Positions 29,881 to 41,741 of a stretch of DNA of 64,000 nt are shown piece by piece. The notes below the pieces were generated by a model, which saw nothing but the letters and a program-made list of their open reading frames with translations, was not told where the DNA came from and did no database searches. Numbering within the stretch: position 1 is the first letter of the stretch; the number at the start of each line of letters is the position of its first letter. The position numbers and the translations under genes are program-made. The stretch lies in NCBI GenBank assembly GCA_965248835.1, contig CBDFLJ010000001.1, forward strand, positions 384,001-448,000. The letters are read 5' to 3'. This DNA is from Alphaproteobacteria bacterium. Lineage in GTDB: Bacteria > Pseudomonadota > Alphaproteobacteria > MPNO01.

Positions 29881-31824
29881 ATGACAATCGATATTCGAAC
29901 CCTGGCAGCGGCCGTGCTCGCCGCGAGCGTGGCTACCACTGTCCGGGCGGCGGACGATCCGGTGCGCGGGCAAGCCGACATCGTGGTCTCGGCGAGCCGG
30001 ATCGAGGTGCCGGCCGAGGAGATCGGCACCGCGGCGACGGTGCTCGACCGCGAACAGATCGAGGACAGCCAGACGCGGGTGACCTCCGACATCCTGCGGC
30101 AGGTCCCGAGTGTGGCGGTCAACCGCAGCGGCCCGGTCGGTACCTTCACCCAGATCCGCATCCGCGGGGCGGAGGCCAACCAGACCCACGTGCGCATCGA
30201 CGGGATCGAGGTGAGCGATCCGGCGTCCAGCAACGAGTTCGATTTCGCCAACCTCCTCGCCACCGACATCGAGCGCGTGACCGTCCTGCGCGGTGCCCAG
30301 AGCGCTCTCTACGGCAGCGACGCGCTGGCCGGCGTGATCGACATCCGCACCCGGCGCGGCGAAGGCCCGTTTTCGATCGAGGGTTTCGCCGAGGGCGGCT
30401 CGTTCGCGACCACGACCGGCAATGTCAGGCTCGGCGCCGGCAACGAGCATCACGACTACGCGCTGTCGGTGACCGGGCTGCGCAGCGACGGGATCAACAT
30501 CTCGCAGTTCGGCGACGAAAAGGACGGCTATCGCAACCTGTCGACATCGTTCGTCGGCGCGGTGCGGCCGCGCGAGTCCGTCGAGATCGAGGCCGCAGCC
30601 CGTTACACCCGCTTCAGGCTCGAGACCGATGACGACGACTTCGCCTCTCCGGCCACCCCGACCCAGGGGCTGGTCATCGACACCGACGACGATTCCAAAG
30701 GGTGGTTCTTTTACGGTCGGCTGGGCGGCGCGGCAGAGCTGATCGAGGACAAGTTGACGCAGAAAGTCGAGGTCGCATTCACCGACACCAAGCGCGAGGG
30801 CTTCGCTGCGGGCACCCGCGAGGTGCTGCGCAAGGGCGACCGGCTGAAGGTCGGCACCCAGTCGCTCCTGTCCTTGCGGACGCCCGGGATCGCCGATGCT
30901 GAGCACCATTTCGTTGCCGGATACGAGTACGAACGGGCGCGCTTCGACAAGTCCGAGTTCGGCGTCGCCCTGGAACGAAAGATCGTCGAGCACAGCGTCA
31001 TCGGCGAGTACCGCATTGGGCTGATCGACAGGGTTTTTCTGTCTGGCGCGGTCCGGCGCGACTGGAACGAGTTCTTCGACGACGCGGCCACTTGGCGGGT
31101 GACGGCCGCGATCCTGGTGCCGGAAACCGAGGCTCGCATCCATGGCAGCTACGGCACCGGGGTGACCGATCCGACCTTCGATGACCTGTTCGGCTTCGAT
31201 CCCGATTCCTTCGTCGGCAACCCGTCGCTGCAACCGGAAGAGTCCAGGAGCTATGATGTCGGGGTCGAGGTCTCGCTGGCCAGCGGTCGCGCGGTCTTGG
31301 ATGTGACCTATTTCCACGCCACTCTGGAGAACGAGATCGTCCCGACCTTCGATCCCGCCACCTTCCTCGGATCGGTCGTCAACCTGGCCGCGGACAGCAA
31401 GCGGCGGGGCGTCGAGGTGAGCCTGACTGCGCGTCCGATGCCCGGCCTGTCGGTGACCGGCAGCTACACGTACACGCGGTCGCGGGACGGCACCGGATCG
31501 GCGGAGATCCGCCGGCCGCGCGACCTCGTCAGCCTCAACGGGGCCTACCGTTTCATGAACGACCGCGCGATGATCAACCTCGGCATCGACTATAACGGCG
31601 ACCAGGAGGACAACCGGTTCTTCGTGACCATGCCGCCGAGGCGGGTGACGCTCGATTCCTACACCTTGGTCAGCCTCGCGGGATCCTACAGACTCGGCGA
31701 CGGCGTCGAGGTTTTCGCGCGGGTGGAGAATGCGCTCGATGAGACCTATCAGGAGGTCTTCTCGTCCCGAACGCACGGCATCGCCGGCTTCGCCGGCGTT
31801 CGGGCCAAGCTCTGGCCCAACTGA
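29881..31824 (+). CDS. btuB: TonB-dependent receptor, probable vitamin B12 transporter
   Basis: Signal peptide, DIVVSASR TonB box, plug motifs (IRIRGA, IERVTVLRGAQSALYGSDA) and RVENALD; follows the riboswitch. Confidence 0.88.
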   Translation: MTIDIRTLAAAVLAASVATTVRAADDPVRGQADIVVSASRIEVPAEEIGTAATVLDREQIEDSQTRVTSDILRQVPSVAVNRSGPVGTFTQIRIRGAEANQTHVRIDGIEVSDPASSNEFDFANLLATDIERVTVLRGAQSALYGSDALAGVIDIRTRRGEGPFSIEGFAEGGSFATTTGNVRLGAGNEHHDYALSVTGLRSDGINISQFGDEKDGYRNLSTSFVGAVRPRESVEIEAAARYTRFRLETDDDDFASPATPTQGLVIDTDDDSKGWFFYGRLGGAAELIEDKLTQKVEVAFTDTKREGFAAGTREVLRKGDRLKVGTQSLLSLRTPGIADAEHHFVAGYEYERARFDKSEFGVALERKIVEHSVIGEYRIGLIDRVFLSGAVRRDWNEFFDDAATWRVTAAILVPETEARIHGSYGTGVTDPTFDDLFGFDPDSFVGNPSLQPEESRSYDVGVEVSLASGRAVLDVTYFHATLENEIVPTFDPATFLGSVVNLAADSKRRGVEVSLTARPMPGLSVTGSYTYTRSRDGTGSAEIRRPRDLVSLNGAYRFMNDRAMINLGIDYNGDQEDNRFFVTMPPRRVTLDSYTLVSLAGSYRLGDGVEVFARVENALDETYQEVFSSRTHGIAGFAGVRAKLWPN

Positions 31825-31827
31825 GCG

Positions 31828-32673
31828 ATGGCCGGCCAGCCGGCTGCGATAGCCCTCGCCTGCGCGATAGCGCTCGCAGCCGTGCCGGCCGCGGGGGCGA
31901 AGCCGGCGCGCATCGTTTCGATCAATGTCTGCACCGACCAGCTCGTGCTTATGCTGGCCGAACGAGCCCGCATCGTTTCACTCAGTTTTCTGGCGACCGA
32001 CGAACGGGCCTCGGCGATGAGCCGCGAAGCGGCCGGGCTGCCACGCAACCACGGCCAAGCCGAGGAGATCATCCTGCTCGACCCCGATATCGTGATCGCG
32101 AGCAGCTTCACCACCAGTGCAACCAACGCGCTGTTGCGTCGGCTCGGCCACCGAGTCGTCGAGGTGCCGGTCGCAACCACGCTTGACGATGTGGGACGCA
32201 GCATCGTCCTGGTTGCCGAGGCGATCGGCGAGCCCGAGAAAGGCCGCGCGCTGATCGACAGGTTCGCGGCCCAAATCTCTGCGGCCAAGCGGCCCCGTCA
32301 GGGGGCACCACTCGTCGCGCTCTACTGGGCGAACGGATACACTTCGGGGACCGGCACACTCGCCAACGCGGTCGTCGAGGCGGCCGGGTTCAGAACGCTC
32401 GGCCGCACGCTGGGCATTGCCGGGACCGGCATCCTTCCGTTGGAGACCCTGTTGGTTGCGCGGCCCGACGTCCTGATCCTCGGGCGCGAAAGGGCCGCGC
32501 CGGCACTTGCCGGCGCCGTGCTGCGGCATCCGGCGCTCGCCCGCAGCTTCGCCGGCCGCCCTTTGATCCGCCTGCCCGACAACTTGTGGCTCTGCGGCAC
32601 GCCGCACGTCGCGGCCGCCTTCGAGCGGCTGGTGCGGCTGCGCACCGCCCTCACCGAGGGACAGCCGCGATGA
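31828..32673 (+). CDS. btuF: Cobalamin ABC transporter substrate-binding protein
   Basis: RIVSINVCTDQL motif; position in the operon. Confidence 0.78.
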   Translation: MAGQPAAIALACAIALAAVPAAGAKPARIVSINVCTDQLVLMLAERARIVSLSFLATDERASAMSREAAGLPRNHGQAEEIILLDPDIVIASSFTTSATNALLRRLGHRVVEVPVATTLDDVGRSIVLVAEAIGEPEKGRALIDRFAAQISAAKRPRQGAPLVALYWANGYTSGTGTLANAVVEAAGFRTLGRTLGIAGTGILPLETLLVARPDVLILGRERAAPALAGAVLRHPALARSFAGRPLIRLPDNLWLCGTPHVAAAFERLVRLRTALTEGQPR

Positions 32674-33662
32674 GGGCCGGGCGTGGCCTGCTCGCGGGCC
32701 TTGCGGTCGTGGTGGCGATCGCCTTCGCGGCCTCTCTCCTGGTCGGGCCGGCGGCAATCGGCATCGGCGCGATGCTCGATGCGCTGTTCGGCGGCCGGGC
32801 CGGGACCGCGGCGGTGATCGTCCAGGAAATCCGCCTGCCGCGCACCATCCTCGGGCTCGCGATCGGTGCCACCCTGGGCCTGGGCGGCGCGGCGCTTCAG
32901 GGCTTCCTGAGAAACCCGCTGGCCGAGCCGGGGCTGATCGGGGTCTCGGCCTCGGCGGCCCTGGGTGCGGTGCTGACGTTCTATTTCGGCCTGGCGGCAC
33001 TTTTTCCCCTGGCGCTGCCGATCGGCGGGATGGCCGGCGCCTGCGTCGCGGTGATCCTGATCCAGGGGCTGGTGGGCAGGCAGGCGAGCGCGCTGACGGT
33101 GATCCTGGCCGGCGTTGCGATCACCAGCCTCGCCTCGGCGCTCACCGCCCTGGCGCTCAACCTCGCACCCAACCCGTTCGCCGCCCTGGAGATCGTCTTC
33201 TGGCTGCTCGGCTCGTTCGCCGACCGCAGCCTCGATCACGTCTGGCTCGCCGTTCCGTTCATGCTCGCAGGCTGGGTGCTGCTCGCGGGCCTCGCCCGCC
33301 CGCTCGATGCGTTGACGCTGGGCGAGGATACCGCAGCCACGCTCGGCATCGATCTTGCCGCGGTCCGCCGCCGGCTGGTCTTCGGTATCGCGCTGTCGGT
33401 CGGTGCGGCCACCGCTGTCGCCGGCGCGATCGGCTTCGTCGGCCTCGTTGTCCCCCACCTGATGCGCCCGCTGGTGGGCCACCGCCCGAGCGCGGTTCTG
33501 CCGGCCAGCGCGCTGGCCGGTGCCGCGCTGACACTGGCGGCCGACATCCTCGTGCGGCTGATCTCGCCCGGACGCGAGATCAAGCTCGGCGTCGTCACCG
33601 CGCTGGTCGGTGCGCCGTTCTTTCTTTATCTCGTGCTCAGAATGCGCAGGCGGCTGGTATGA
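32670..33662 (+). CDS. btuC: Cobalamin/Fe-siderophore ABC transporter permease (FecCD family)
   Basis: IRLPR, LRNPLAEPGLIG, GAIGFVGLVVPH and GAPFF motifs. Confidence 0.85.
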   Translation: MRAGRGLLAGLAVVVAIAFAASLLVGPAAIGIGAMLDALFGGRAGTAAVIVQEIRLPRTILGLAIGATLGLGGAALQGFLRNPLAEPGLIGVSASAALGAVLTFYFGLAALFPLALPIGGMAGACVAVILIQGLVGRQASALTVILAGVAITSLASALTALALNLAPNPFAALEIVFWLLGSFADRSLDHVWLAVPFMLAGWVLLAGLARPLDALTLGEDTAATLGIDLAAVRRRLVFGIALSVGAATAVAGAIGFVGLVVPHLMRPLVGHRPSAVLPASALAGAALTLAADILVRLISPGREIKLGVVTALVGAPFFLYLVLRMRRRLV

Positions 33663-34459
33663 GCCTCATCGAAGCACGCGGGCTGACGGTTGCGCTCGGC
33701 GGCGCCAGGATCCTCGACGGGCTCGACCTCGCGATCGAGGAAGGGGAGATGGTCGGGCTGATCGGCCCCAACGGCGCCGGAAAGACGACCCTCCTGAAGA
33801 CCCTGGCCGGTCTGCTGGAACCCTCGGCCGGCCAGGTGCGGTTGCGCAACAAGCCGCTGGCGGGGGTAGACCGGACGACCCGCGCACGCCTGCTTGCCTA
33901 TCTCGGGCAGGGAGCGGGACCACAATGGCCGGTCGATGTCCGCACCCTGGTCGAGATGGGCCGTCTGCCCCATCTCGACCCCTGGCGCGGGCCACGGCCG
34001 GCTGATCGCGAGGCGGTCGAGCGCGCGATGGCCGACTGCGCGGTTGCCGGTTTCGCCGACCGGCCGGCGACCGAACTTTCGGGCGGCGAGCTTGCCCGGG
34101 TCCTGCTCGCCCGGGCGCTCGCCGGCGAGCCGGACCTGCTGCTCGCCGACGAGCCGACTGCGGGGCTCGATCCCGCCCATCAGCTCGACGTGATGGACCT
34201 GCTCGCCGGGCTCGCCCGCAAGCGCCGGGCCGTCGCCGTGGTGATGCATGACCTGACGCTCGCCGTGCGCTTTTGCGGCCGTCTTGCGCTGCTGCATGGC
34301 GGGGCGATCGCCGCCGACGGTCCAGGTTCCGAGGTGCTCACGCCCGACAGGCTGGCCGCGTGTTACGGTATCGTGGCCCACCGCGGCTCGATCGACGGGC
34401 TGGAATATGTGATCCCCCATGCCCGCGCGGGCGGGGAACCGCCGGGTGCCGGGCAATAG
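33659..34459 (+). CDS. btuD: Cobalamin ABC transporter ATP-binding protein
   Basis: GPNGAGKT, LSGGE, LLADEPT and HDL motifs. Confidence 0.85.
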   Translation: MSLIEARGLTVALGGARILDGLDLAIEEGEMVGLIGPNGAGKTTLLKTLAGLLEPSAGQVRLRNKPLAGVDRTTRARLLAYLGQGAGPQWPVDVRTLVEMGRLPHLDPWRGPRPADREAVERAMADCAVAGFADRPATELSGGELARVLLARALAGEPDLLLADEPTAGLDPAHQLDVMDLLAGLARKRRAVAVVMHDLTLAVRFCGRLALLHGGAIAADGPGSEVLTPDRLAACYGIVAHRGSIDGLEYVIPHARAGGEPPGAGQ

Positions 34460-35276
34460 CACCCACGTCCGGACGGGCAGCAGGCTGCGATACGCCGTAG
34501 CGCTGTCTTTGGCCTTGCACGGGATGGCCGTCGCCGCAGCGCTGGCATGGTGGCAGTCCGATCCACGCCCGGTCCAGCCCGCAATCACGGTCGTGCTGGT
34601 TACACCGCAAGCCATGCCGCCGCCGGCCAGGGTCTCGGTAGCGGACTCCTTGGCCGGCCCGGCGCGCAAGGCACCGGCGCAGCACGCCCCGGCGGAGTCG
34701 GTCGCCCCGAATCCGGATCCGGATTCGGCTCCGTCGCCGGCGGCCGCGCGGCCGCTTGCGCTGGAGCATGTTGCGAACAAGCGGGATCGGTCGGAAACCG
34801 ATGCCCCGACCGCGCCTGCGCCGATCTCTGCCGCGGACGTTTCGGGGGCGCTCTCGATGGTGCCGGCCGAGCCGCAACCGGCGGTTTCGATCGAGCTTAC
34901 CGCACCGGCGAAGCCGCGCGCCGGAGCGAAGCCGCGCGCGCCGGCGCCGGTGGGGACCGGGACGGGGCCGGCCGCCGTCACGGCCCTCACCGACAAGGCC
35001 CCACGGTTCGAAGGTGCCGGTCTGGCCAATCCGCTGCCCCGCTATCCCTATCTCGCCCGCCGGCACGGGCAGGAGGGCCGGGTGGTGCTGCGCGTTCTGG
35101 TCACCGCCGCGGGCGATGCCAAGGCGGTTTTCATCCGACGGTCGAGCGGCTACCGTTTGCTCGACGAGGCGGCATTGAAGGCCGTCGGCACCTGGCGGTT
35201 CGTCCCGGCACGGAAGGCCGACATGCCGGTTGCCGGTGCGGTCGATGTGCCGGTCTCGTTCAGGCTGACCGAATGA
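34419..35276 (+). CDS. tonB: Energy transducer TonB (start uncertain; alternative GTG at 34446)
   Basis: SLALH TM anchor, Pro/Ala-rich linker, C-terminal PRYP..ARR.GQEGRV...SSG...LDEAAL...WRF.P. Confidence 0.85.
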   Translation: MPARAGNRRVPGNSTHVRTGSRLRYAVALSLALHGMAVAAALAWWQSDPRPVQPAITVVLVTPQAMPPPARVSVADSLAGPARKAPAQHAPAESVAPNPDPDSAPSPAAARPLALEHVANKRDRSETDAPTAPAPISAADVSGALSMVPAEPQPAVSIELTAPAKPRAGAKPRAPAPVGTGTGPAAVTALTDKAPRFEGAGLANPLPRYPYLARRHGQEGRVVLRVLVTAAGDAKAVFIRRSSGYRLLDEAALKAVGTWRFVPARKADMPVAGAVDVPVSFRLTE

Positions 35277-35288
35277 GGACGGCTCCCC

Positions 35289-36263
35289 ATGCCGCGCGGA
35301 TTGGAGGTCGAGCAGGTCCTGGCCCGCCATCTCGGTGATCCGGCCAGCAGCTTCAGCGTCGGCTCGCTGGGCGCGATCGCGGAGTTCCACCGGGATCCGG
35401 ACGAAGCGCTGACGCTCGATGACCGGGCGCATCTGCGCATCGCCACCGGGCGCGGCGCGCTGTCGATCGGCCGCGGCGCGGAGCCGGTCCCGCTGGCCTA
35501 TGAGACCCCTAGCAGGAACCGCAGAGGCTGGCAGCACGGCGTGGTCTTCTGCCTGCCGGCCGAGCGCGGGTGCGGTGCCGGGCGCAGGGTGCTGACGGAG
35601 ATCGGCCCGGACGCCGGCGCGGTGCGTGAGGCCGACCGCGGGGCGATCCTTTTCGACATGGGGCTCGGCGCGGCCAATGTCGATTTCTGCATCCGGACCG
35701 GCGATCCACCGCTGATCCGGACGTTGCGCGCAGGCCTCGGCCGGTCCGTCCTTGACCCCGGCAACCCGGCGATGGGTGTGATCTTGGAGGCCAATCCGCA
35801 CCGCATCGCGGTCTCGGCGATCGCCCGCTTGGAGGTCTTTCAACCGATCGGCCGGACGGTCACGCCCGAGGGTCCGCATACCCACGTCCTGCCCGACCTG
35901 TTGAAAACCGGCCGGACCCATGAGGCCGGGATACCGGTCCCGGCGGGGCTGCTGCCCTGCCTCAGCCTCTATCCCGCCAACCCGCTGGTCGACGGTATGG
36001 GCCGCGCGCGGCCGTTCGACCGCAAGAGCCTCGATGCGTTCCTGCCCTATATCGAGGCCTGGGGCGCCCCCGAACACGCCGGGGAGAAGCGGCGCGCCGC
36101 CAAGGCCCTGGACGCAGGGACCGCGCCGGAGACCTTCGAAGCCGCCGGCACCGCGATTGCCCGTGCCGCGCTGAAGGTCGCGCTGCGCCAACGCCGCCAG
36201 ACCGGCCCGTCGGACCCGTTGCTCGCGGCGTGGGAAACGGCCTTCGATGCCCCCGCGGGCTAG
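35289..36263 (+). CDS. Conserved hypothetical protein, last gene of the B12 uptake operon
   Basis: 324-aa ORF with GC3-rich codon use, 12 nt after tonB with a GAGG RBS; motifs SVGSLGAIAEF, LFDMGLG and TPEGPHTHVLP. Confidence 0.7.
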   Translation: MPRGLEVEQVLARHLGDPASSFSVGSLGAIAEFHRDPDEALTLDDRAHLRIATGRGALSIGRGAEPVPLAYETPSRNRRGWQHGVVFCLPAERGCGAGRRVLTEIGPDAGAVREADRGAILFDMGLGAANVDFCIRTGDPPLIRTLRAGLGRSVLDPGNPAMGVILEANPHRIAVSAIARLEVFQPIGRTVTPEGPHTHVLPDLLKTGRTHEAGIPVPAGLLPCLSLYPANPLVDGMGRARPFDRKSLDAFLPYIEAWGAPEHAGEKRRAAKALDAGTAPETFEAAGTAIARAALKVALRQRRQTGPSDPLLAAWETAFDAPAG

Positions 36264-36290
36264 GAAGACGGGATCGGCCTCGGCTCCGGG

Positions 36291-38117
<1,827 letters not shown>

Positions 38118-38121
38118 CGTT

Positions 38122-39507
38122 TCAGCTTTCCTCGAGGCGCTTTGCCGCCGCAGCAAGTTTCGCCTGTTTCTCGGCGCGCCGGCGGATGCGGAAGCCCTCC
38201 GCCCAGCCGTCCTCGACGGTCTGGCTCGTCCGCTCGACGGCCAGCGCGTCGGCCGGTACGTCGCGGGTGATCACGCTGCCGGCGCCGGTGATCGCGCCTT
38301 TGCCGACGGTGACCGGCGCGACCAGAGAGGTGTTCGATCCGACGAACGCACCGGCGCCGATCTCGGTATGCGACTTGGAGAACCCGTCATAGTTGCAGGT
38401 GATGGTGCCGGCGCCGACATTCGCCTTGGCGCCGACCCGGGCATCGCCGATATAGCTGAGGTGATTGACCTTGGCGCCATGCTCCAGGATTGCCGCCTTG
38501 ATCTCGACGAAGTTGCCGACATGGACCTCCGGTCCGACCTGTGTGCCGGGGCGCAGGCGGGCGAACGGGCCGACGATGGCGTCATCGGCAATCGTGGCGC
38601 CTTCAAGATGGCAAAAGGCGCGGATTTGCACCCGGTCTCCAACCTTGACGCCAGGGCCGAAAAAGACATGCGGACCGATACTCACGTCACGCCCCAACGC
38701 GGTATCGTGGCTCAAATAGACGCTGTCGGGGTCGAGCAGGCTGGCGCCTTCGGCCATCGCCCTGGCGCGCAGCCGGCGCTGGACCGCCGCCTCGGCGAGA
38801 GCGAGGTCGGCCCGCGCGTTGATGCCCATGACCTCCTCGGCCTCGTCGACCATGCACACCGCGCAGCCATGGCCGCGGGCGCGCGCGACCTCGACGATAT
38901 CGGTCAGGTAGTATTCGCCCTTGACGTTGTCGTCGTCGATCGCTTCCAGGAGCGGCAGAAGGTGGCGCCCGTCGACCGCCATGATCCCGGCATTGCACAG
39001 CCCGATCGCCCGCTGGGCCTCGGTCGCCTCGCGGTGTTCGACGATGGCCTGGAGCGCGCCGTCCGCGCCGATGACGAGCCTGCCGTGCTCCGCGGGGTCT
39101 TCGGGTCGGAAGCCGAGGACGACCACCGCGGGCTCGGCCGGAGCATGCAGCGCGGCCAACATGCGGGTCATGGTCGGGGCGGTGATCAGCGGCGTGTCGC
39201 CGTACAGGATCAGGACATCGCCGTCGAAGCCGGTCAGGTACGGACGCGCGGCCAGCACTGCATGCGCCGTCCCCAGCGGCGGGTCCTGGACGACCGTCGG
39301 CGTCGGCGCGACGGCATCGCAGACCTGCGCGGCGGCGCTGCCCACCACCACCACGCGGCGCTCGAATGCGATCTCGGCCAACCGGTCCAGCACATGACAC
39401 ACCATCGCCCGCCCGGCGATCTCGTGCAGCACCTTGGGCCGGGAGGATTTCATTCGCGTGCCGTTGCCGGCAGCGAGCACGATGGCCACGGATTTCCTGT
39501 CGCTCAT
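38122..39507 (-). CDS. glmU: Bifunctional UDP-GlcNAc pyrophosphorylase / glucosamine-1-P acetyltransferase
   Basis: LAAGNGTRMKS, GEYYLTD, hexapeptide repeats, HLSYIGD and ITCNYDG. Confidence 0.97.
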   Translation of the reverse strand: MSDRKSVAIVLAAGNGTRMKSSRPKVLHEIAGRAMVCHVLDRLAEIAFERRVVVVGSAAAQVCDAVAPTPTVVQDPPLGTAHAVLAARPYLTGFDGDVLILYGDTPLITAPTMTRMLAALHAPAEPAVVVLGFRPEDPAEHGRLVIGADGALQAIVEHREATEAQRAIGLCNAGIMAVDGRHLLPLLEAIDDDNVKGEYYLTDIVEVARARGHGCAVCMVDEAEEVMGINARADLALAEAAVQRRLRARAMAEGASLLDPDSVYLSHDTALGRDVSIGPHVFFGPGVKVGDRVQIRAFCHLEGATIADDAIVGPFARLRPGTQVGPEVHVGNFVEIKAAILEHGAKVNHLSYIGDARVGAKANVGAGTITCNYDGFSKSHTEIGAGAFVGSNTSLVAPVTVGKGAITGAGSVITRDVPADALAVERTSQTVEDGWAEGFRIRRRAEKQAKLAAAAKRLEES

Positions 39508-39605
39508 CTATCGAATGCCGGTTCACATTGGCGCGGTGGCGCCAGACGTTGCCACAAAGCTCTATTGGACGCCACGTCCTTTGCCCCGCTGCGGGCGCAT
39601 CCGCC

Positions 39606-40472
39606 CTATTGGTGCGCGGTAAGGACCCGGTTTTCGCCGTCGCCGTCGAAATCCGCGCGGGTCAGATGGGCGACGACCATGCCCCAGCGCGTGTCGTATT
39701 GGACCCGCACCGGTATCGGCGGCACGCCCTCGAAGATCGGCGCGATCCAGATCGCGGCGTTGCGCCCCTGGCTGCCGAACCCGCCATAGTCGTTCTCGCG
39801 CTTTTTGCCGTGCAGCATCTCCATGGCAACCTGGCATAGCAGCGCGGTGCCGGAAAACGCTGAATAGCGGTTGCGGACCAGCCGCTCCTCGCCCACCCGG
39901 TCGACGACGAAATCGAAACGGCGCTTGCCGTCGAAGACCGGGACCTTGGTATCGCATTTCTGGCCGGATTGGACCGCGTGCGACAGCAGAAGGATCGCGC
40001 TTGCCACATCGACCGCATCGCGCAGATCATCGGGCGGGATCTCGATGCGCTTGCGCTTGGAATTGGAGCTGACGACCTTGGGTCCATCCTCATCGAAGCG
40101 CAGCGTCATCCAGCCCTTCTTGCCGCGCCAGACTCTCTCCGAATGGGCCCTGAAGGGGCGTACCCGGGCCGCGTCCACCTTGCCGGAGGCGTCGGTCCGG
40201 AGCGACCAGGGGAACATGAAGCCGACGAAGCCCTGGGTCTTCATCGCCGCCTTCAGTTCGTAGCGGGTGCCTTCGAACGCCAGGCGTGCGTTGAGCTGCA
40301 GGGCCTCGAAGCCGCCGAAATAAATCGTGTAGTCGAGGCCGACATCGCGCCGTTTAGCGGATTCATCGGGGGGGCCGGCGGCCGCCGTGCCGCAGAGCGC
40401 GACCGCGAGGACGAGCCCAGCAGTCGCGCGCAGCGTGTTCCCCAAAAGGGCCATGGTGAGTCTCCCCGACAC
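39606..40472 (-). CDS. Exported DUF3108-like protein
   Basis: Signal peptide, YTIYFGG, VPVFDGKRRFD and a beta-rich body. Confidence 0.6.
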   Translation of the reverse strand: MSGRLTMALLGNTLRATAGLVLAVALCGTAAAGPPDESAKRRDVGLDYTIYFGGFEALQLNARLAFEGTRYELKAAMKTQGFVGFMFPWSLRTDASGKVDAARVRPFRAHSERVWRGKKGWMTLRFDEDGPKVVSSNSKRKRIEIPPDDLRDAVDVASAILLLSHAVQSGQKCDTKVPVFDGKRRFDFVVDRVGEERLVRNRYSAFSGTALLCQVAMEMLHGKKRENDYGGFGSQGRNAAIWIAPIFEGVPPIPVRVQYDTRWGMVVAHLTRADFDGDGENRVLTAHQ

Positions 40473-40551
40473 TCCGAAACCCCACTATATCGACCCTGTG
40501 CGGCGGGAAATCAAGCCGGACTCGGGGTGACGCCCGGTGCCGGCGGCTTGC

Positions 40552-40580
40552 TTGACACCCCTCGGCCGGCGCCCTTAAAT
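40552..40580 (+). promoter_or_regulatory. Putative sigma70 promoter of tRNA-Val
   Basis: TTGACA-N17-TTAAAT with a GC-rich discriminator, 18 nt upstream of the tRNA. Confidence 0.6.
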
Positions 40581-40598
40581 CCGCGCTCCCGATCGTTC

Positions 40599-40673
40599 GG
40601 GCGCGTAGCTCAGCGGGAGAGCGCTCGCCTCACACGCGAGAGGTCGCTGGTTCAATCCCAGCCGCGCCCACCA
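40599..40673 (+). tRNA. tRNA-Val(CAC)
   Basis: Acceptor stem GGGCGCG/CGCGCCC, D-arm TAGCTCAGCGGGAGAGC, anticodon arm CTCGC-CT-CAC-AC-GCGAG, T-loop GGTTCAATCC, encoded CCA. Confidence 0.97.
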
Positions 40674-40726
40674 TCCTCGCCATCGCCAAGCACTCGCCGG
40701 AGCGCATCCGCCCGGCCATCCCGCGA

Positions 40727-41500
40727 CTATGGCGTTGGGTGGCCGGGCCGGACTCCATCCGCCGGCGCTGATCCGCCAGCGGCGCCGGACGTCCAGGCAG
40801 CACAGATCTCCTCGAATTCGGCTCTGGTCGTCGTCCAGCCGACGAAGCGCTCGATGTTGAAGACCACCGCATCCTGGATCTGCGCCGGGCCGGCGGGCAT
40901 CGTCGCATCGCGCACCATGATCCCGTAATACTCGCGCGACAGGCCCTCGCGCAGCGTCCACTCCACGCCGACATTGCTGGCAATGCCCAGGACGACGATC
41001 GCCCGGATGCGCCGGGCGCGGAGCTGGGCGTCGAGCGCGGTGCCGGCGAAGCAGCTCGGGCGCGATTTCCGGATCACGATCTCGCCTTCGGCGGGCGCGC
41101 AGCGCGCAACGAAGTCGAAGTCCCAGCTTCCCTCCACCAGGACCTGGCCGGCAAGCTCCGGACGCTCCCGCATGAGCCGCAGCGCGGGCGATTTGTGCCA
41201 CCAGGGCGAGTCCGCGGGCGCGTCGCTGAAATCGGCGGCGAAGCCGTTCTGGGAGTGGAACACGGGCAGGCCGGCGCGCCGGGCCGCAGCCAGGACGCGG
41301 GCCACGGCGTCGATGACCCCTTCCGCGCCGGCGAGGTCGAATCCCAGCCGGTCGAGATAGCCGCCGGGCGAGCAGAACGCGTTCTGCATGTCGTTGATGA
41401 CGACGGCGGTCGAGCTCGCGCCGAGCGGGATCGGCTCCGGGCGGGCATTCAAATTCGCCACCCGGTCAATCCCACCACCGTGATCTGTCGGTTCCGCCAT
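40727..41500 (-). CDS. Isochorismatase family protein, RutB-like
   Basis: ARPEPI, NDMQNAF..PGGYLD..GFD and SPWWHKSPALRLMRERPEL; the catalytic Cys position reads Gly (GIASNVGVE). Confidence 0.8.
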   Translation of the reverse strand: MAEPTDHGGGIDRVANLNARPEPIPLGASSTAVVINDMQNAFCSPGGYLDRLGFDLAGAEGVIDAVARVLAAARRAGLPVFHSQNGFAADFSDAPADSPWWHKSPALRLMRERPELAGQVLVEGSWDFDFVARCAPAEGEIVIRKSRPSCFAGTALDAQLRARRIRAIVVLGIASNVGVEWTLREGLSREYYGIMVRDATMPAGPAQIQDAVVFNIERFVGWTTTRAEFEEICAAWTSGAAGGSAPADGVRPGHPTP

Positions 41501-41741
41501 CGCTGCTTCACCCCGTCGCTTGCGGCATCGCGCTTCGATCATAACGCCTCGCCCGTCCCTCGGGGAGCGAGTCGGGCGCGCGGATGGCTTGCGGACGGGG
41601 GCCGATCGCCTATGTTTGGAAGCGATGTCGGGATGAGCCGCAAGGACGGACGATGATGCATTGCCGTGCCGCAACCTGTCTTGCCGCCGCCTCTGCTTCG
41701 AGGACGGCCGCGGCGGCCTGCCCCGTGCGGGGGGCATAAGC

